A stretch of 64,000 nucleotides of DNA from the human T2T-CHM13v2.0 reference genome, Homo sapiens. Made by a program: the position numbers and the translations under genes. Shown here piece by piece: positions 14,280-29,707 of the stretch; the first letter of the stretch is position 1; each line of letters starts with the position of its first letter. The stretch is taken from NCBI RefSeq assembly GCF_009914755.1, contig NC_060926.1. The stretch is one strand, 5' to 3'. The notes under the pieces are model-generated. The model was not told the DNA's origin, did not search any database, and saw nothing but the letters and a program-made list of their open reading frames with translations.

Positions 14280-15377
14280 TTGACAATGGTTCCAAATAGC
14301 CAGAAAACAGTACTTTTGATTTTTCCATCCTACAAGATCTAGATAATTCTTGTCGTAAAATGGGCAAATGGTCTGAGATGCCTGATGTCCAGGCATTCTT
14401 TTACACATCAGTCCCTCCCTAGTCTCTGTTCCCAATGCAACTCATCCCAAATCTTCCTTCTTTCCCTCCCACCTGTCCCCTCAGTCCCAACCCCAAGTGT
14501 TGCTGAGTCTTTTCAATCTTCCTTTTTTATGGACCCATCTGACCTCTCCCCTCCTCCCCAGGCTGCTCCTTGCCAGGCTGGGCCAGGTCCCAATTCTTCC
14601 TCAGCCTCTGCTCTCCCACCCTATAATCCTTTTTTCACTTCCCTTCCTCACACCCAGTCCGGCTTACAGTTTCATTCCGCGACTAGCCCTCCCCCACCTG
14701 CCCAATGATTTCTTCTTAAAGAGGTGGCTGGAGCTAAAGGCGTAGTCAAGGTTAATGCTCTCCCAAATCAGTTAGCGTTTAGGCTCTTTTTCATCAAATA
14801 TGAAAAACCCAGCCCAGTTCATGGCCCATTTGGCAGCAACCCTGAGATGCTTTACAGCCCTAGACCCAGAAGGCTATCTTATTCTCAATATGCATTTTAT
14901 CACCCAGTCAGCTCCTGACATTAAAAAAAAAAAAAGTTCCAAAAATTAGATTCCGGCCCTCAAACGCCACAACACGACTTAATTAACCTAGCCTTCAAGG
15001 TGTACAATAATAGAGTAGAAACAGCCAAGTAGCAATGTATTTCTGAGTTGCCATTCCTTATGTCCACTGTGAGAGAAACCCCAGCCACATCTCCAGCACA
15101 CAAGAACTTCAAAATGCCTAACTTGCAGAAGTCAAGCATTCCTACAGGACCTTCTCCATCAGGATCTTGCTTCAAGTGCCAGAAATCTGGCCACTGGGCC
15201 AAGGAATGCCCACAGCCTGGGATTCCTCCTAAGCCTCGTCCCATCTGTGCAGGACTCCACTGGAAATTGGACTGTTCAGCTTACCTGGCAGCCACTCCCA
15301 GACCCCCTGGAACTCTGGCCCAAGGCTCTCTGAGTGACTCCTTCCCAGATCTTATCAGCTTAGCGTCTGAAGACTGA
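14280..15377 (+). pseudogene. HERV-H gag remnant (nucleocapsid zinc knuckle)
   Basis: ORF 15048-15377 contains CFKCQKSGHWAKEC (CCHC); PPY late-domain-like motif in ORF 14385-14708; multiple stops and frameshifts. Confidence 0.8.
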
Positions 15378-15438
15378 TGCTGCCCAATTGCCTCAGAAGC
15401 TTCCTGGACCATCATAGACACTTTGGGTAACTCTTACA

Positions 15439-17894
15439 GTGGAGGTTAAGTCCGTCCCCTTCTTAATCAATACAGAGGCTAGCCACTCCACATTACCTTC
15501 TTTTCAAGGGCCTGTTTCCCTTGCCTCCATAACTGTTGTGGGTATTGATGGCCAGGCTTCTAAACCTTTTAAAACTCCCCAACTCTGGTGCCAACTTGGA
15601 CAATATTCTTTTATGCACTCCTTTTTAGTTATCCCCACCTGCCTAGTTCCCTTATTAGGCTGAGACATTTTAACTAAATTATCTGCTTCCCTGACTATTC
15701 CTAGGCTACAGCTACATCTCATTGCCACCCTTTTCCCCAGTTCAAAGCATCCTTCACATCCTCCCCTTGCATCTCCCTACCTTAATCCACAAGTATAGGA
15801 CACCTCTACTCCCTCCTTGGTGACCGATCATGCACCCCTTACCATCCCATTAAAACCTAATCACCCTTACCCCCACTCAATGCCAATATTCCATTCCACA
15901 GCATGCTTTAAAAGGATTAAAAGCCCGTTATCACTCGCCTGTTACAGCATGGTCTTTTAAAGCCTATAAACTCTCCTTACAATTCCCCCATTTTACCTGT
16001 CCAAAAATCGGACAAGTCTTACAGGTTAGTTCAGTATCTGCGCCTTATCAACCAAATTGTTTTGCCTATCCACCCCGTGGTGCCAAACCCATATACTCTC
16101 CTATCCTTAATATCTCCCTCCACAACCCGTTATTCTGTTCTGGATGTCAAACATGCTTTCTTTACTATTCCTTTGCACCGTTCATCCCAGCCTCTCTTCG
16201 CTTTCACTTGGACTGACCCTGACACCCATCAGGCTCAGCAAATTACCTGGGCTGTACTGCCACAAGGCTTCACAGACAGCCCCCATTACATCAGTCAAGC
16301 CCAAATTTCTTCCTCATCCTTTACCTATCTCAACATAATTCTTCATGAAAATACACATGCTCTCCTTACGGATCGTGTCTGGCTAATCTCCCAAACCCCA
16401 ACTCCTTCTGCAAAGCAACAACTCCTTTCCTTCCTAGGCATGGTTAGATACTCCGCCTTTGGATACCTAGTTTTACCACCCTGACTAAATCATTATGTAA
16501 ACGCACAAAAGCAAACCTAGCTGACCCCATAGATCCTAAATCCTTTTGCCACTCCTCTTTCCATTCCTTAAAAACAGCCCTAGAAGCTGCTCCCACACTA
16601 GCTTTCCCTGTCTCCTCCCAACCCTTTTTCATCACACACAGCCAAAGTGCAGGGCCGTGTGGTCAGAATTCTTACACAAGAGCTGGGACTGTGTGCTGTA
16701 GCCTTTTTATCCTAGCCCTCGTGTCTGCGTGCGGTGGCTGCTGCTGCCTTAATACTTTTAGAGGCCCTCAAAATCACAAACTGTATCCAACTCACTCTCT
16801 ACAGTTTTCATAACTTCCAAAATCATTTTCTTCCTCACACCTGATGCATATACTTTCTGCCTCCCTCCACTACCTCTCAGCAAGTCAAACTCATTGCCTT
16901 AACTCAAGCTCTCAGTCTTGCAAAAGGACTACGTGTCAATATTTATACTGACTCTAAATATGCTTTCCATATCCTGCACCACCATGCCATTATATGGGCA
17001 AAAAAGGGGTTTCCTCTCTACACAAGGGTCCTCCATCATTAATTCCTCTTTAATAAAAACTCTCATCAAGGCTGCTTTACATCCAAAGGAAGCTGGAGTC
17101 ATTCACTGCAAGGGCCATCAAAAGGCATCAGGTCCCATTGCTCTGGGCAACGCTTATGCTGATAAGGGAGGTAAAGAAGCAGCTAGCATTCCAACTTCTG
17201 TCCCTCATGGCCAGTTTTTCTTCTTCTTATCGGTCACTCCCACCTACTCCCCCACTGAAACTTCCACCTATCAGTCTCTTCCCACACAAGGCAAATAGTT
17301 CTTGGACCAAGGAAAATATCTCCTTCCAGCCTCACAGGCCCATTATATTCTGTCGTCATATCATAACCTCTTCCATGTAAGTTACAAGCCGCTAGCCCAT
17401 CTCTTAGAACCTCTCATTTCCTTTCCATCATGGAAATCTATCCTCAAGGAAATCACTTCTGAGTGTTCCATCTGTTATTCTACTACCCCTCAGGGATTGT
17501 TCAGGCCTCCTCCCGTTCCTACCCATCAAGCTCGGGGATTTGCCCCTGCCCAGGACTAGCAAATTGACTTTACTCACATGCCCCGAATCAGGAAACTAAC
17601 ATACCTCTTGGTCTGGGTAGCCACTTTCACTGGATGGGAGAGGCCTTTCCCACAGGGTCTGAGAAGGCCACTGTGGTCATTTCTTCCCTTCTGTCAGACA
17701 TAATTCTTCAGTTTGGCCTTCCAACCTCTATACAGTCCAATAACAGACTGGCCTTTACTAGTCAAATCACCCAAGCAGTTTATAAGGCTCTTGGTATTCA
17801 GTGGAACCTTCATACCCCTTACCATCCTCAATCTTCAGGAAAGGTAAAACGGACTAATGGTCTTTTCCCAAAAACTCACCAACCAAGCAAGTAA
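15439..17894 (+). pseudogene. HERV-H pro-pol remnants (protease, RT, RNase H, integrase), disrupted
   Basis: FLINTEAS (degenerate D-T-G-A site), LPQGFTDSPHY (RT), VIHCKGHQK...GNAYADK (RNase H), HNLFH...CSIC and WNLHTPYHPQSSGKV (integrase) spread over fragmented ORFs. Confidence 0.88.
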
Positions 17895-17928
17895 TTTCGC
17901 TGAACCCCCTTAGGCACTCTCTAATTGG

Positions 17929-18126
17929 ATGTCCTGGGTCCTCCCAATTCTTAGTCCTTTAATACCTATTTTTCTCCTTCTTTTATTTAGACCTTGTATC
18001 TTCTGTTTAGTTTCTCAATTCATGCAAAACTGTATCCAGGCCATCACCAATCATTCTATACGACAAATGTTTCTTCTAACAACCCCACAATATCACCCTT
18101 TACCACAAAATCTTCCTTCAGCTTAA
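17929..18126 (+). pseudogene. HERV-H env transmembrane/cytoplasmic-tail remnant
   Basis: WVLPILSPLIPIFLLLLFRPCIFCLVSQF hydrophobic TM segment just before the PPT; most of env is deleted. Confidence 0.8.
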
Positions 18127-18287
18127 TCTCTCCCACTCTAGGTTCCCACGCCACCCATAATCCTGCTCAAAGCAGCCCTGAGAAACATCGCCCATTATCT
18201 CTCCATACCACCTCCAAAAATTTTCACCGCCCCAACATTTCAACACTATTTTGTTTTATTTTTCTTATTAATATAAGAAGACAGGAA

Positions 18288-18663
18288 TGTCAGGCCTCTG
18301 AGCCCAAGCCTGCACATATTCATCCAGATGGCCTGAAGCAAGTGAAGAATCACAAAAGAAGTGAAAATGGCTGGTTCCTGCCTTAACTGATGACATTACC
18401 TTGTGAAATTCCTTCTCCTGGCTCATCCTGGCTCAAAAGCTCCCCCACTGAGCACCTTGTGACGCCCACCCCTGCCAGCCAGAGAACAACCCCCTTTGAC
18501 TGTAATTTTCCACTACCTACCCAAATCCTATAAAACAGCTCCACCCCATCTCCTTTCACTGACTCTCTTTTCGGACTCAGCCCACCTGCACCCAGGTGAT
18601 TAAAATGCTTTATTGCTCACACAAAGCCTGTTTGGTGATCTCTTCACACGGACATGTGTGAAA
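18288..18663 (+). mobile_element. HERV-H 3' LTR (LTR7 family)
   Basis: TGTCAGGCCTCTGAGCCCAAG...TGTGAAA; poly(A) signal variant ATTAAA at 18599-18604. Confidence 0.95.
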
Positions 18664-19864
18664 GGAGGTAGAAGCAAATCATAAGTAAATGGCATCTCGG
18701 GAGCCAGGGGAAGAAAGTATTTCAAGACGATGTGGTCAACCCAGTTGACTACTGCTGAGAAATGGAATAAGAAGTAAACTAAACAGAAAAGTACTCATTG
18801 AATTTGGCAACCTGTAAGTTTTTGGTACTTTGAGAAGAATAGTTTCAGCAGAATGGAAGAGATTAATTAAGTATAGAATGGGAGAAAGGGATGTGAAAAT
18901 AACATATGTAGATAAGCCTTTTGAGACTTTTGATTGTGAAGGGAACAAGAGATGGGCAGTAACTAGAGGGTTAAGGGAAGGTTTTTGTTTATTTTCAATG
19001 AAAGTTGCCAGATTATCCAGTAGAGAGGGAGAGGTTTATGATTCAATAGAGAAAGAAGGAATAAGCAAAGGAGCCGAGGCCCTGATAGAACAAGAGAGAT
19101 GGATGGGAAGCAGATGATATATGTCCAGACTGATTTTTGATTGGTTTCGGGGGGAAGTGCAGGGAGGAGACAAGATATGATATTAGCTAACATCTATTGA
19201 TCACTTTCAATGTGTCATGTCCTGTCCAAGTGTCTTAACATGTATTAATATGTTTCATCTTCATAGCAAACTCTTAAAGTAGTGCTGAGACCAGCTCGGT
19301 CGGGGAGACTCTAACCCAGTGACGCTAGAGGAATTAAAGACACACAGAAATATAGAGGTGTGGAGTGGGAAATCAGGGGACTCACAGCCTTCAGAGCTGA
19401 GAGCCTTGAACAGAGATTTACCCACATATTTATTGATAGGAAGTCAGTGATAAGCATTGTTTTTATAGATTATAGATTAACTAAAAGTATTCCTTATGGG
19501 AAACAAAGGGATGGGTCAAAATAAAAGGATGAGTTTGGCTAGTTATCTCCAGCAGGAGCATGTCCTGAAGGCACAGATCATTCATGCTATTGTTTGTGCT
19601 TTAAGAACGCCTTTAAGCAGTTTTCCACCCTGGGTGGGCCAGTGTTCCTTGCCCTCATTCTGGTAAACCCACAACCTTCCAGCGTGGCCATCATGGCTAC
19701 CTTGAAAATGTCACAGTGCTGCAGAGATTTTGTTTATGGCCAGTTTTGGGGCCAGTTTATGGCCAGATTTTGGGGGGCCTGCTCCCAACATGTCCTCCTT
19801 CTTTGATTTGCAAAGCGATAAAAGCAAAAGCAGCTTTGTCACAGTTAGCTACTTCTTGCGGGAA

Positions 19865-20820
19865 TCAGGATCTGCATCTGCAGGCTATACAAAGACAAAT
19901 AACACAGATTAAAAGCACAATCATTGAAATCACAGAGCTTCTAAGAGTTTTTATCCATTTTAATGGGTTACTAGCTTCTAATCTGTCTGCAACTCCTTCA
20001 AGCACTCTAGTTCCTGGCATTAAGGTCAGGTGTGCCTGGGATGCTTTAAATATTTTTTCTTTTAATTTTGCAATATCCAAAGACAAGTTTGTAGAGTGTC
20101 CTTCTAGATGCTTTTTTATTCTTTCCCAAATTTTAATCCTATTAACAGCTATTAATAATTTCCACAAATCCTTATGTGTAGCTCCTATAATGGGCCATAT
20201 CATTTGAGGTTAAGGTACCACTATACCGCCATGATTCCAGATATAGGAACTCTTGCGTACTTCTTATCATTTCTGCCATCTGACCGTTTTGTTCAGACCA
20301 GCTGAACATAGTGTGACCGTGGCACACAGACTGAGAGGTGCGATTCAAGCTAAACATCCCCTTAGGGGACCAATCAATAATGATTCCATAGGAATCATTG
20401 CGCAGCACCTCTGCCTGTTCTGCAATGCAGTCTTCCTAAACAAGTACATTCATTTTTTCTGACTGGGTCCAATCCTGTTTACAAATAGGTTTTTGAGGAT
20501 GGTATCCCTCAATTATAGGAGCAGATTTATTATGGTACATACTGAGACCAGAAAGCATGTGTAACTGTGTCATAGAGTGATTACATCCAGGCATTATTGC
20601 CAGCCAAGATTGATAAATATGCCCAATAAGTATAATTTTTCTCTGTGTCAGCCCTTGTCGAAGGAATAAACACAGCAATGGTGATCACCGCTATCATAGC
20701 TACCATTAAATTACTCATTGTGACTGGTTGTCCTGCTTTCCTCAGGTTTTCTTCTGCCATCTGTGACAGTTTCTTCATCTGTCCCCAGGTGGGTGGCTGT
20801 GTTCGACGGGTGTTGCTCAT
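19865..20820 (-). pseudogene. HML-3 env remnants (leader/signal peptide, partial SU, TM C-terminus)
   Basis: PPTWGQMKKLSQMAEENL...LMVAMIAVITIAV betaretroviral env leader; NLSLDIAKLKEKIFKASQAHL...NPLKWIKT TM region; frameshifted and deleted. Confidence 0.82.
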
Positions 20821-21814
20821 GACAGTTGGGGTCCTCCTTAGTGTCAGCCTTTACATGGCTGCAACTGGGGGGTCCTCGGATTTCTCCCGGAATCTCTCCA
20901 TCGGATAATTGCTCTGGAATTAGAACTTGTGCTCCCCATTCTTGTAATAAATCTCTCCCCCATAAATTTATAGGTACAGAAGTTATAATTGGTTGAATAG
21001 TCCCAGGTCGTCCATCAGGTCCTTCACATTGCAAAATATAACTACTTTGATATACTTCAGGGGCTTTACCAACTCCAACTATGTTAAATTGAGCAGGTTG
21101 AATGGGCCACGTGGATGACCAGTGCTGTAGAGAAATGACTGAAATGTCTGCTCCTGTATCTACCAAAACTTTAAATTTCTTTCCCTGAATAGTTATTTCA
21201 CAGGTAGGACGTTCATCAGTAATTTGATTTACCCAATAAGCTGCTTTGCCTTGTTTATTTGTGCTTCCAAACCCTCCTGTTAGTTTAATTTCATTTTTCC
21301 CTATTTCCACATATGGCACAATCAGGAGCTGTGCTATACGTTCTCCTGGCTCTGCTTTCCAGGGAACAGAAGTAGATATAACAATTTGAATTTCCCCATT
21401 GTAATCTGAATCATTGACTCCTGTTTGTATTTGTACCCCTTTTAAATTTAAACTAGACGTTCCTAGAAGTAATCCTATCATCCCCGCTGGCAAGGGTCCA
21501 CAGACTCCTGTTGGGACCTTTTGTGGGGGTTCCCCAGGCAGAAGGCTCACAGGTTTTGTGCAGCATAAATCTACTGTGGCACTACTGGCTGTGGCGGGGG
21601 ACAGACATTGTACAGGGGTGAGGGAATGGCCTGAGCCGGAAATGCCCTGGTTTGGAATGGGGCCTGGGACGGGCCCCTCATGGCATTTCCCGAATTTAAA
21701 AGGAAAAGGCTCAAACGTAGCTATAATATTCCCCTGTTGATCTGGGGGGTGTATTCTAACAGGGAACTGCCAAGCCTCTATATCACCCTCTCTTCTAGCT
21801 TGCTGGATTCCCAC
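20711..21814 (-). pseudogene. HML-3 open frame: gag fragment fused to dUTPase-protease and integrase C-terminal tail
   Basis: 367-codon stop-free frame; dUTPase motifs (DSDYNGEIQI, GERIAQLLI, GGFGST) and aspartic protease LVDTGAD...WGRDLL. The listed start is GTG; the first ATG is at 21481. Confidence 0.85.
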
Positions 21815-21873
21815 CTGAATAGAACTGAGAGCGGTTGCTGGAGGCGCTGCTCAGTCATTGGGGCATCTACTTT

Positions 21874-22113
21874 TCACCCAGTGTCCTCTGGAAAAGAAGC
21901 ATCTGGAGGGTCAGGCCACTCTTTTTCTTCAAAATAAGGATGGAGTGCAGAAGGGTAAGGATGAACCTCTCCCTCCTTTGCCGCTTTAGCTTTAGCTGGC
22001 AAACAAACCTGCTCTGTAACCTCTTCTGTTACTTCGTTATACTCCCCTTCCTCCTCATCATCAGTGTGAAAAGGTTCCAAGGTGGAATGAACCAGAGTCC
22101 ACCCTTGTCCCAT
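21874..22113 (-). pseudogene. HML-3 gag N-terminal remnant
   Basis: MGQ start downstream of the PBS, acidic TDDEEEGEY and PYPSA proline motifs; short and deleted. Confidence 0.7.
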
Positions 22114-23815
22114 TGTTACCTTGATGCCTCCGAGCTCCCCTTCTTACTGACCATGGGGACTGCTTTAAGAGTACTCGGGTGTCCTCCAGCTTAGTTCCAC
22201 GTTCTCCAACTGTCGCTCTGGTGATCCTTCGACCTGGATTCGAGCCCCCACGTATGGGCGCTGCTTGCCGAGACCAGCTTGGTCAGGGAGACACTAACCC
22301 AGTGGTGCTAGAGGAATTAAAGACACACGCACAGAAATATAGAGGTGTGGAGTGGGAAATCAGGGATCTCACAGCCTTCAGAGCTGAGAGCTTCGAACAG
22401 AGATTTACCCATGTATTTATCGACAGCAAGTCAGTGATAAGCATTGTTTTTATAGATTATAGATTAACTAAAAGTATTCCTTACAGGAAACAAAGGGATG
22501 GGTCAAAATAAAAGGATGGGTTTAGCTAGTTATCTGCAGCAGGAGAATGTCCTTAAGGCATAGATTGCTCATGCTATTGTTTGTGGTTTAAGAATGCCTT
22601 TAAATGGTTTTCTGCCCTGGGTATGCCAGGTGTTTCTTGCCCTCATTCCGGTAAACCCACAACCTTCCAGCATGGGCGTCATGGCCATCATGAATATGTC
22701 ACAGTGCTGAAAAGATTTTGTTTACGGCCAGTTTTGGGGCCAGTTTATGGCCAGATTTTGGGGGGCCTGTTCCCAACAAAGTAGGTACCCATAATCATTC
22801 CTATTAAACAGATGAGTGTCTAAGGTCACAGCTGGTAAGGGGAAGAGCTCCACTGGAGTGCACTGATGTAGGTCAGTAGAATTGGTTTTGAGAAGATGAG
22901 AATTTCCCATTTTCTTATATCTTCTATTTCTCCAATGAAATAGAAATATTTCACAATCCTAAGAGGGAGGTCATACATCAGAAAATGTTAAATATTCATT
23001 TGTGCTTGGTGTCATGCACTTAAATGGTTAGCAGTAAAAAAGCCTAGAGTCTGGGGTCAGATTAACAGAGTTGAAAACCTGGCTTTGCTACTTACAGTAG
23101 TGTGACCTTGGACATATGAATAAAGCTCTCTAATCCTCAGATTTTCACCATAAATGGGGATAATTGTACCTACCTCACTAGATTGTCATGAGGAATATAT
23201 GAGATTATTTTTAGCATTGTCTCATATGTGGTTATACTAGCTATAAATGTTGCCTTTTATTACTACTCTTAAAGTTATTGTTATTATTATTATCACTCCA
23301 CTCTGCCCAGTTTTGTGATTTTCTATGTTAGTACATGGCTTCAGGCCCAGAGAAGATAGAGGGTTATGGATTTTTCTTTTTTTACATGAGTGTAATGGAG
23401 GGAGAGAGTGGCAAAGAAATGAGAGTAGTGACTAGAGAATAATGGTCTACTTTAAATAGCCAACACATTGTGTTTTAGCATTCAACCAAAACAGAATTAA
23501 AAATCTACCTAATTGTATTAAATTGCTGTGCTTGACAAACTCCTATTTCAAAGTAATAACTTCCAAAAATGACGTTTTCACCATTTCACGTTAAGTACAC
23601 ACCATAATCGTTATACTTCTAAGCCTTGATTATGTGCAAATGTTAAGGACATTTTTTTTCTTATTATAAAAATATATACTATGTTAAAGTATTATAAACT
23701 CATTATAAGATTATTTTCCCCAGTAAGACATTGCTGAAATCTAAATGTTTACAATAAGTCAGTTGTTCACTGATGTTTAAATTCAACTTTGTAGTCCCAC
23801 TTAAATTAAAATCCA

Positions 23816-24283
<468 letters not shown>

Positions 24284-25111
24284 GCCAGTGTTACTTAAGT
24301 ACAGTCATACAAACTAAGCTGCTACTATAAAATCATGTTTTTCTTTAAAACTGTGAACATACACTGCCCCACCTGGATTGTTTGCACATTAAAGTTTTAC
24401 CATTTCATAGATTATTTTTAATTGCTTCAACTCATTACTCTTTGCACAAACCTTTAGAATCAGAATTTATTCACATTTTCTACAACTACTTTTTACATTT
24501 CTTATATTCCCAATGGTCTTCATTTGTGCTATATTTGAAATGAAAGGATGAACAATTTACTTTTAGTTTGTGAAGAGAGGAAACCCACATTTCCTAATTA
24601 GTGTCCAATTTATTTATATAGTTGATTCTACATGTAAAATATTAGGAACACATTAAAGCAAACTTTAGCATTACATATGTATGTATACTTTCTTATGTCA
24701 CATTTTAATTATAGAATTGTTTTACTTGAGCAGAAAACATTTGTAAGTTGATTTAAATAAAAATATGTTATCTAATATATTAGCCAAAAGTGCTAGTAGT
24801 TCTGTTATATAATACATTGGCTAAAAATGCACCTGCTACTACATTACAGACTATGGGACTTCCAAACATCAGAAGAGAACTTTGGATGTGCAATTCTGGA
24901 AATAACAGAATTAGCTTAGAGCACCCTCCTGTTTTAAAAGACAGTGAAAGACTTAAAGCCTGTGAATTGAATCAGAATAAAGGAATGAAGTGAGCCACTC
25001 ATCTTTATTCATTTTCCCCATGGAGTCAAAGAAGAAATAAAAACAAAGCTGAAATCATTTTTTCTTTATGCTGGTGTTGGCCAAATTAATTTTTGGTTAC
25101 AAGGTTTCTAA

Positions 25112-25421
<310 letters not shown>

Positions 25422-25668
25422 TCTAATTAGCTTTGAGTAATGGATCCCCCTGCTGAAGCTGGTCATCCTATCCATAAAATATATACAAATATTGTAGTAC
25501 AATTTTAAATAGTTTATGGTTTCGTTAAGACCATATAAAGCTCCAGAGACCCTAGATTTGAAACCACTATGCATTGTAATGAGTCTATCAAAAATGGCAT
25601 AACAGGAGCGATTGTATACCCTGGTAATCATGTGCTAAGCATCCGGGTTTAACCTGGCATAAATGTTA

Positions 25669-25986
<318 letters not shown>

Positions 25987-27102
25987 CTAAAGCTTTTTAG
26001 AATGTCATCTGGATCTGTAAAAGAGCCTCTTTCCTAATGAGTTCAATGCATTACCCTATGGCAATCTTTCCATGACAGTAATAGGGTAGCCTCTGTTATC
26101 AACATTTTATCAGGACTAAATATTCCACTGTAGATCATTTACTCAAGTTCTCTCTTTATCTGCCTCCCTCTGGCTGCCAAGACCTTTGGCACCTCCAACA
26201 GAGGGTGGGAAGGAGAACTGAAAACATGAGACTCAAATTGTTTTGTTTTGCTTTCATTTGAACACCTTAACTAAACAGTTTTGTATAAAAGAAGAAATGG
26301 AAACTGCTGATTACCAAAAAGTCTTTTAATGGTCTGCAAGTTATCATTTGTCTACATATCCCTTTTTCTTATTGTTATAAGTAATAAAGGGTTGGATGTT
26401 TCCTTAATGAAATGTACAGTGTTTTAAAGAAATCCTGTGGCTTCTGCACATTACATAAGCCATAGTTAGTCTGCCTCAGAATGATTGCAGAAATATTGTA
26501 AATTTAGTCTCAGAAACTGGCTGCTAATGTAGGCCCAGCCAGCTTTTCAGCTTTCAAGACTGCTCTGTGTAAAATAGCACATTTGGAAATCTGTTGCTGC
26601 TACACCCTATTCATACCATACCCTGTTCCTAAGAAGTAAAACTTAACATGAAGAAGAAGCATAAGATATGTGAAAGGGTCACAAAAATGAAAGAAGCAAC
26701 AGGTTCTAAAAATATTTGGTATTGGTTCAGCGTTCAAATACCTAGACATTAATGTCTTTGAGTGTTGACAATATTCTCTCGTTGGCAAAATACCTCTTCT
26801 CTTGATTTCAGTGCTAGCTGGCAAACTCCCATTCCACGGATGTACAACTGGCATCTGTTTCATACTGCTTTTGTTTTTGTGAGAAAAAAGTTAATATAAG
26901 GTAAATATCACCACCACCACCACCACCATCATTATTTAATGTTAAATATCAGCTTGACACAAAGCAATGGACTTGACTACAATTATCAGAGTTAGTTAAA
27001 CTGCCTCAGATTTTTTGTGGAATGAGGTCATGTGAAAATATAATCAAACACTGTACTAGAAATAAGGAATTTTTTTCCTTCTCTTCATGGGAGACAGATT
27101 AG

Positions 27103-28512
<1,410 letters not shown>

Positions 28513-29707
28513 TGAAAGCTAGACATTTTCACATTTCTTAATGGTAATTTTTATCAACATTTTAAAAAGAAGAGATGGTAAGAACAAATATCAAAGTGAC
28601 ACTCTTGGCAATAGCCAAACCAAGGGGTAAAACATGTCTATCAAACTGAACTTAAGCTAACAGCATGTGATATCATAATTATATGAGTAGTGCTTCCTAA
28701 ATCCTGGTTTCTTCGAGAAGTAAGAATGTACCCAATGCTTTCATTTTGCTGAGTCACCATGTGGAAAGAGAGAAAAATCAACCACTTACTGAATGAATCA
28801 CTTTGTTTTTCTTCTAAGTAATTTGCTCTTCTTTAAGAACTGGCAGGCATGAAGCTACCAGGACTTGTGCTACCTGTCTTGTCAACAGTAATACTCACCC
28901 AGGGATTACAGAAATGCTTTTAATAATAACATAGATCAGACACAATCTAAATTCTCATAGTAGGAAAGAGTTACAGGAGTTATATAGTAAACCTACACCA
29001 AGAAATTTCGTAGGAATTATATGCCAATGAAAGAAAATGTAGGTAGGCAGGTCTTAGTAATGTATATCTGCCTCTTTAAAGTGTTCTAGGGTCATAACCA
29101 AAAAGATTATGTAATTCAGACAAATGGGCCTTCTGAGAGGTATATCCGTTCTTGGTCTGACAAGGGATCAGGACAAGACAGGCATAGTGATCTCAAGTCC
29201 CACTTGGCCTGTGGACAATGACTGATTGGGTTGGACATTTGAGGTACAAAATCCAGACTAATTTATGGGAACCAAAATAAAGTTGCACTTGAGCTGTTTT
29301 ACATCTTCTGTGGCACTTTGATGGAAACCATGCACTGAAGAGCCCATTGCCTAAACCATCCCATTCATAGGCATTCTATGGTGCTGCTCTACTGTTTTAA
29401 AGTCCCCAACATTCTTTGCTTTAGCCAAAAAATGTAGTGGCACTGACTGCAGAGGGTGGCTTTTTAAATATACTTACGTCCAAAAGGTAGATGCAAATGC
29501 TCCAGACCCCCCTTTCCCTTTGTTAGCACGGATTAGGTCAGTAGGCAGCCTTGTATTGAGGAGGAAGGTGTAAGAGGAGTTAGTCTGTTTAGGGGTGGGT
29601 CTGGTGGGGTCTGGGGTTGGGAAAAGAATAACAGCGATAGTCTTGGTCTGGCCAGAATGTGCTGTAAGAAGTTCCCTATGCCCTGATAAGAGAAGGAGGA
29701 AGTTCTC

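Larger units (their letters stand above)
19283..22778 (-). mobile_element. HERV-K(HML-3)/HERVK9 provirus with MER9 LTRs, internally deleted (~3.5 kb)
   Basis: Two ~510-bp MER9-type LTRs (5' LTR 22266-22778, 3' LTR 19283-19790; TGTTGGGA..GGCCCCCCAAAATCTGGCCATAAAC on minus), perfect 6-bp TSD AAGTAG (19277-19282, 22779-22784), degenerate Lys PBS ~22244-22263, PPT at 19791-19804; inserted into a MIR-like element. Confidence 0.92.

Noticed and set aside
15048-18126. Possible functional HERV-H Gag/Pol/Env proteins
   Set aside because: Fragmented by stops and frameshifts; protease catalytic Asp lost (INTEAS), RT YXDD motif absent, env mostly deleted.
26280-26940. Repeat-free stretch that might be a conserved enhancer or hidden exon
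   Set aside because: No recognisable ORF, splice pair or motif cluster can be supported without conservation data.
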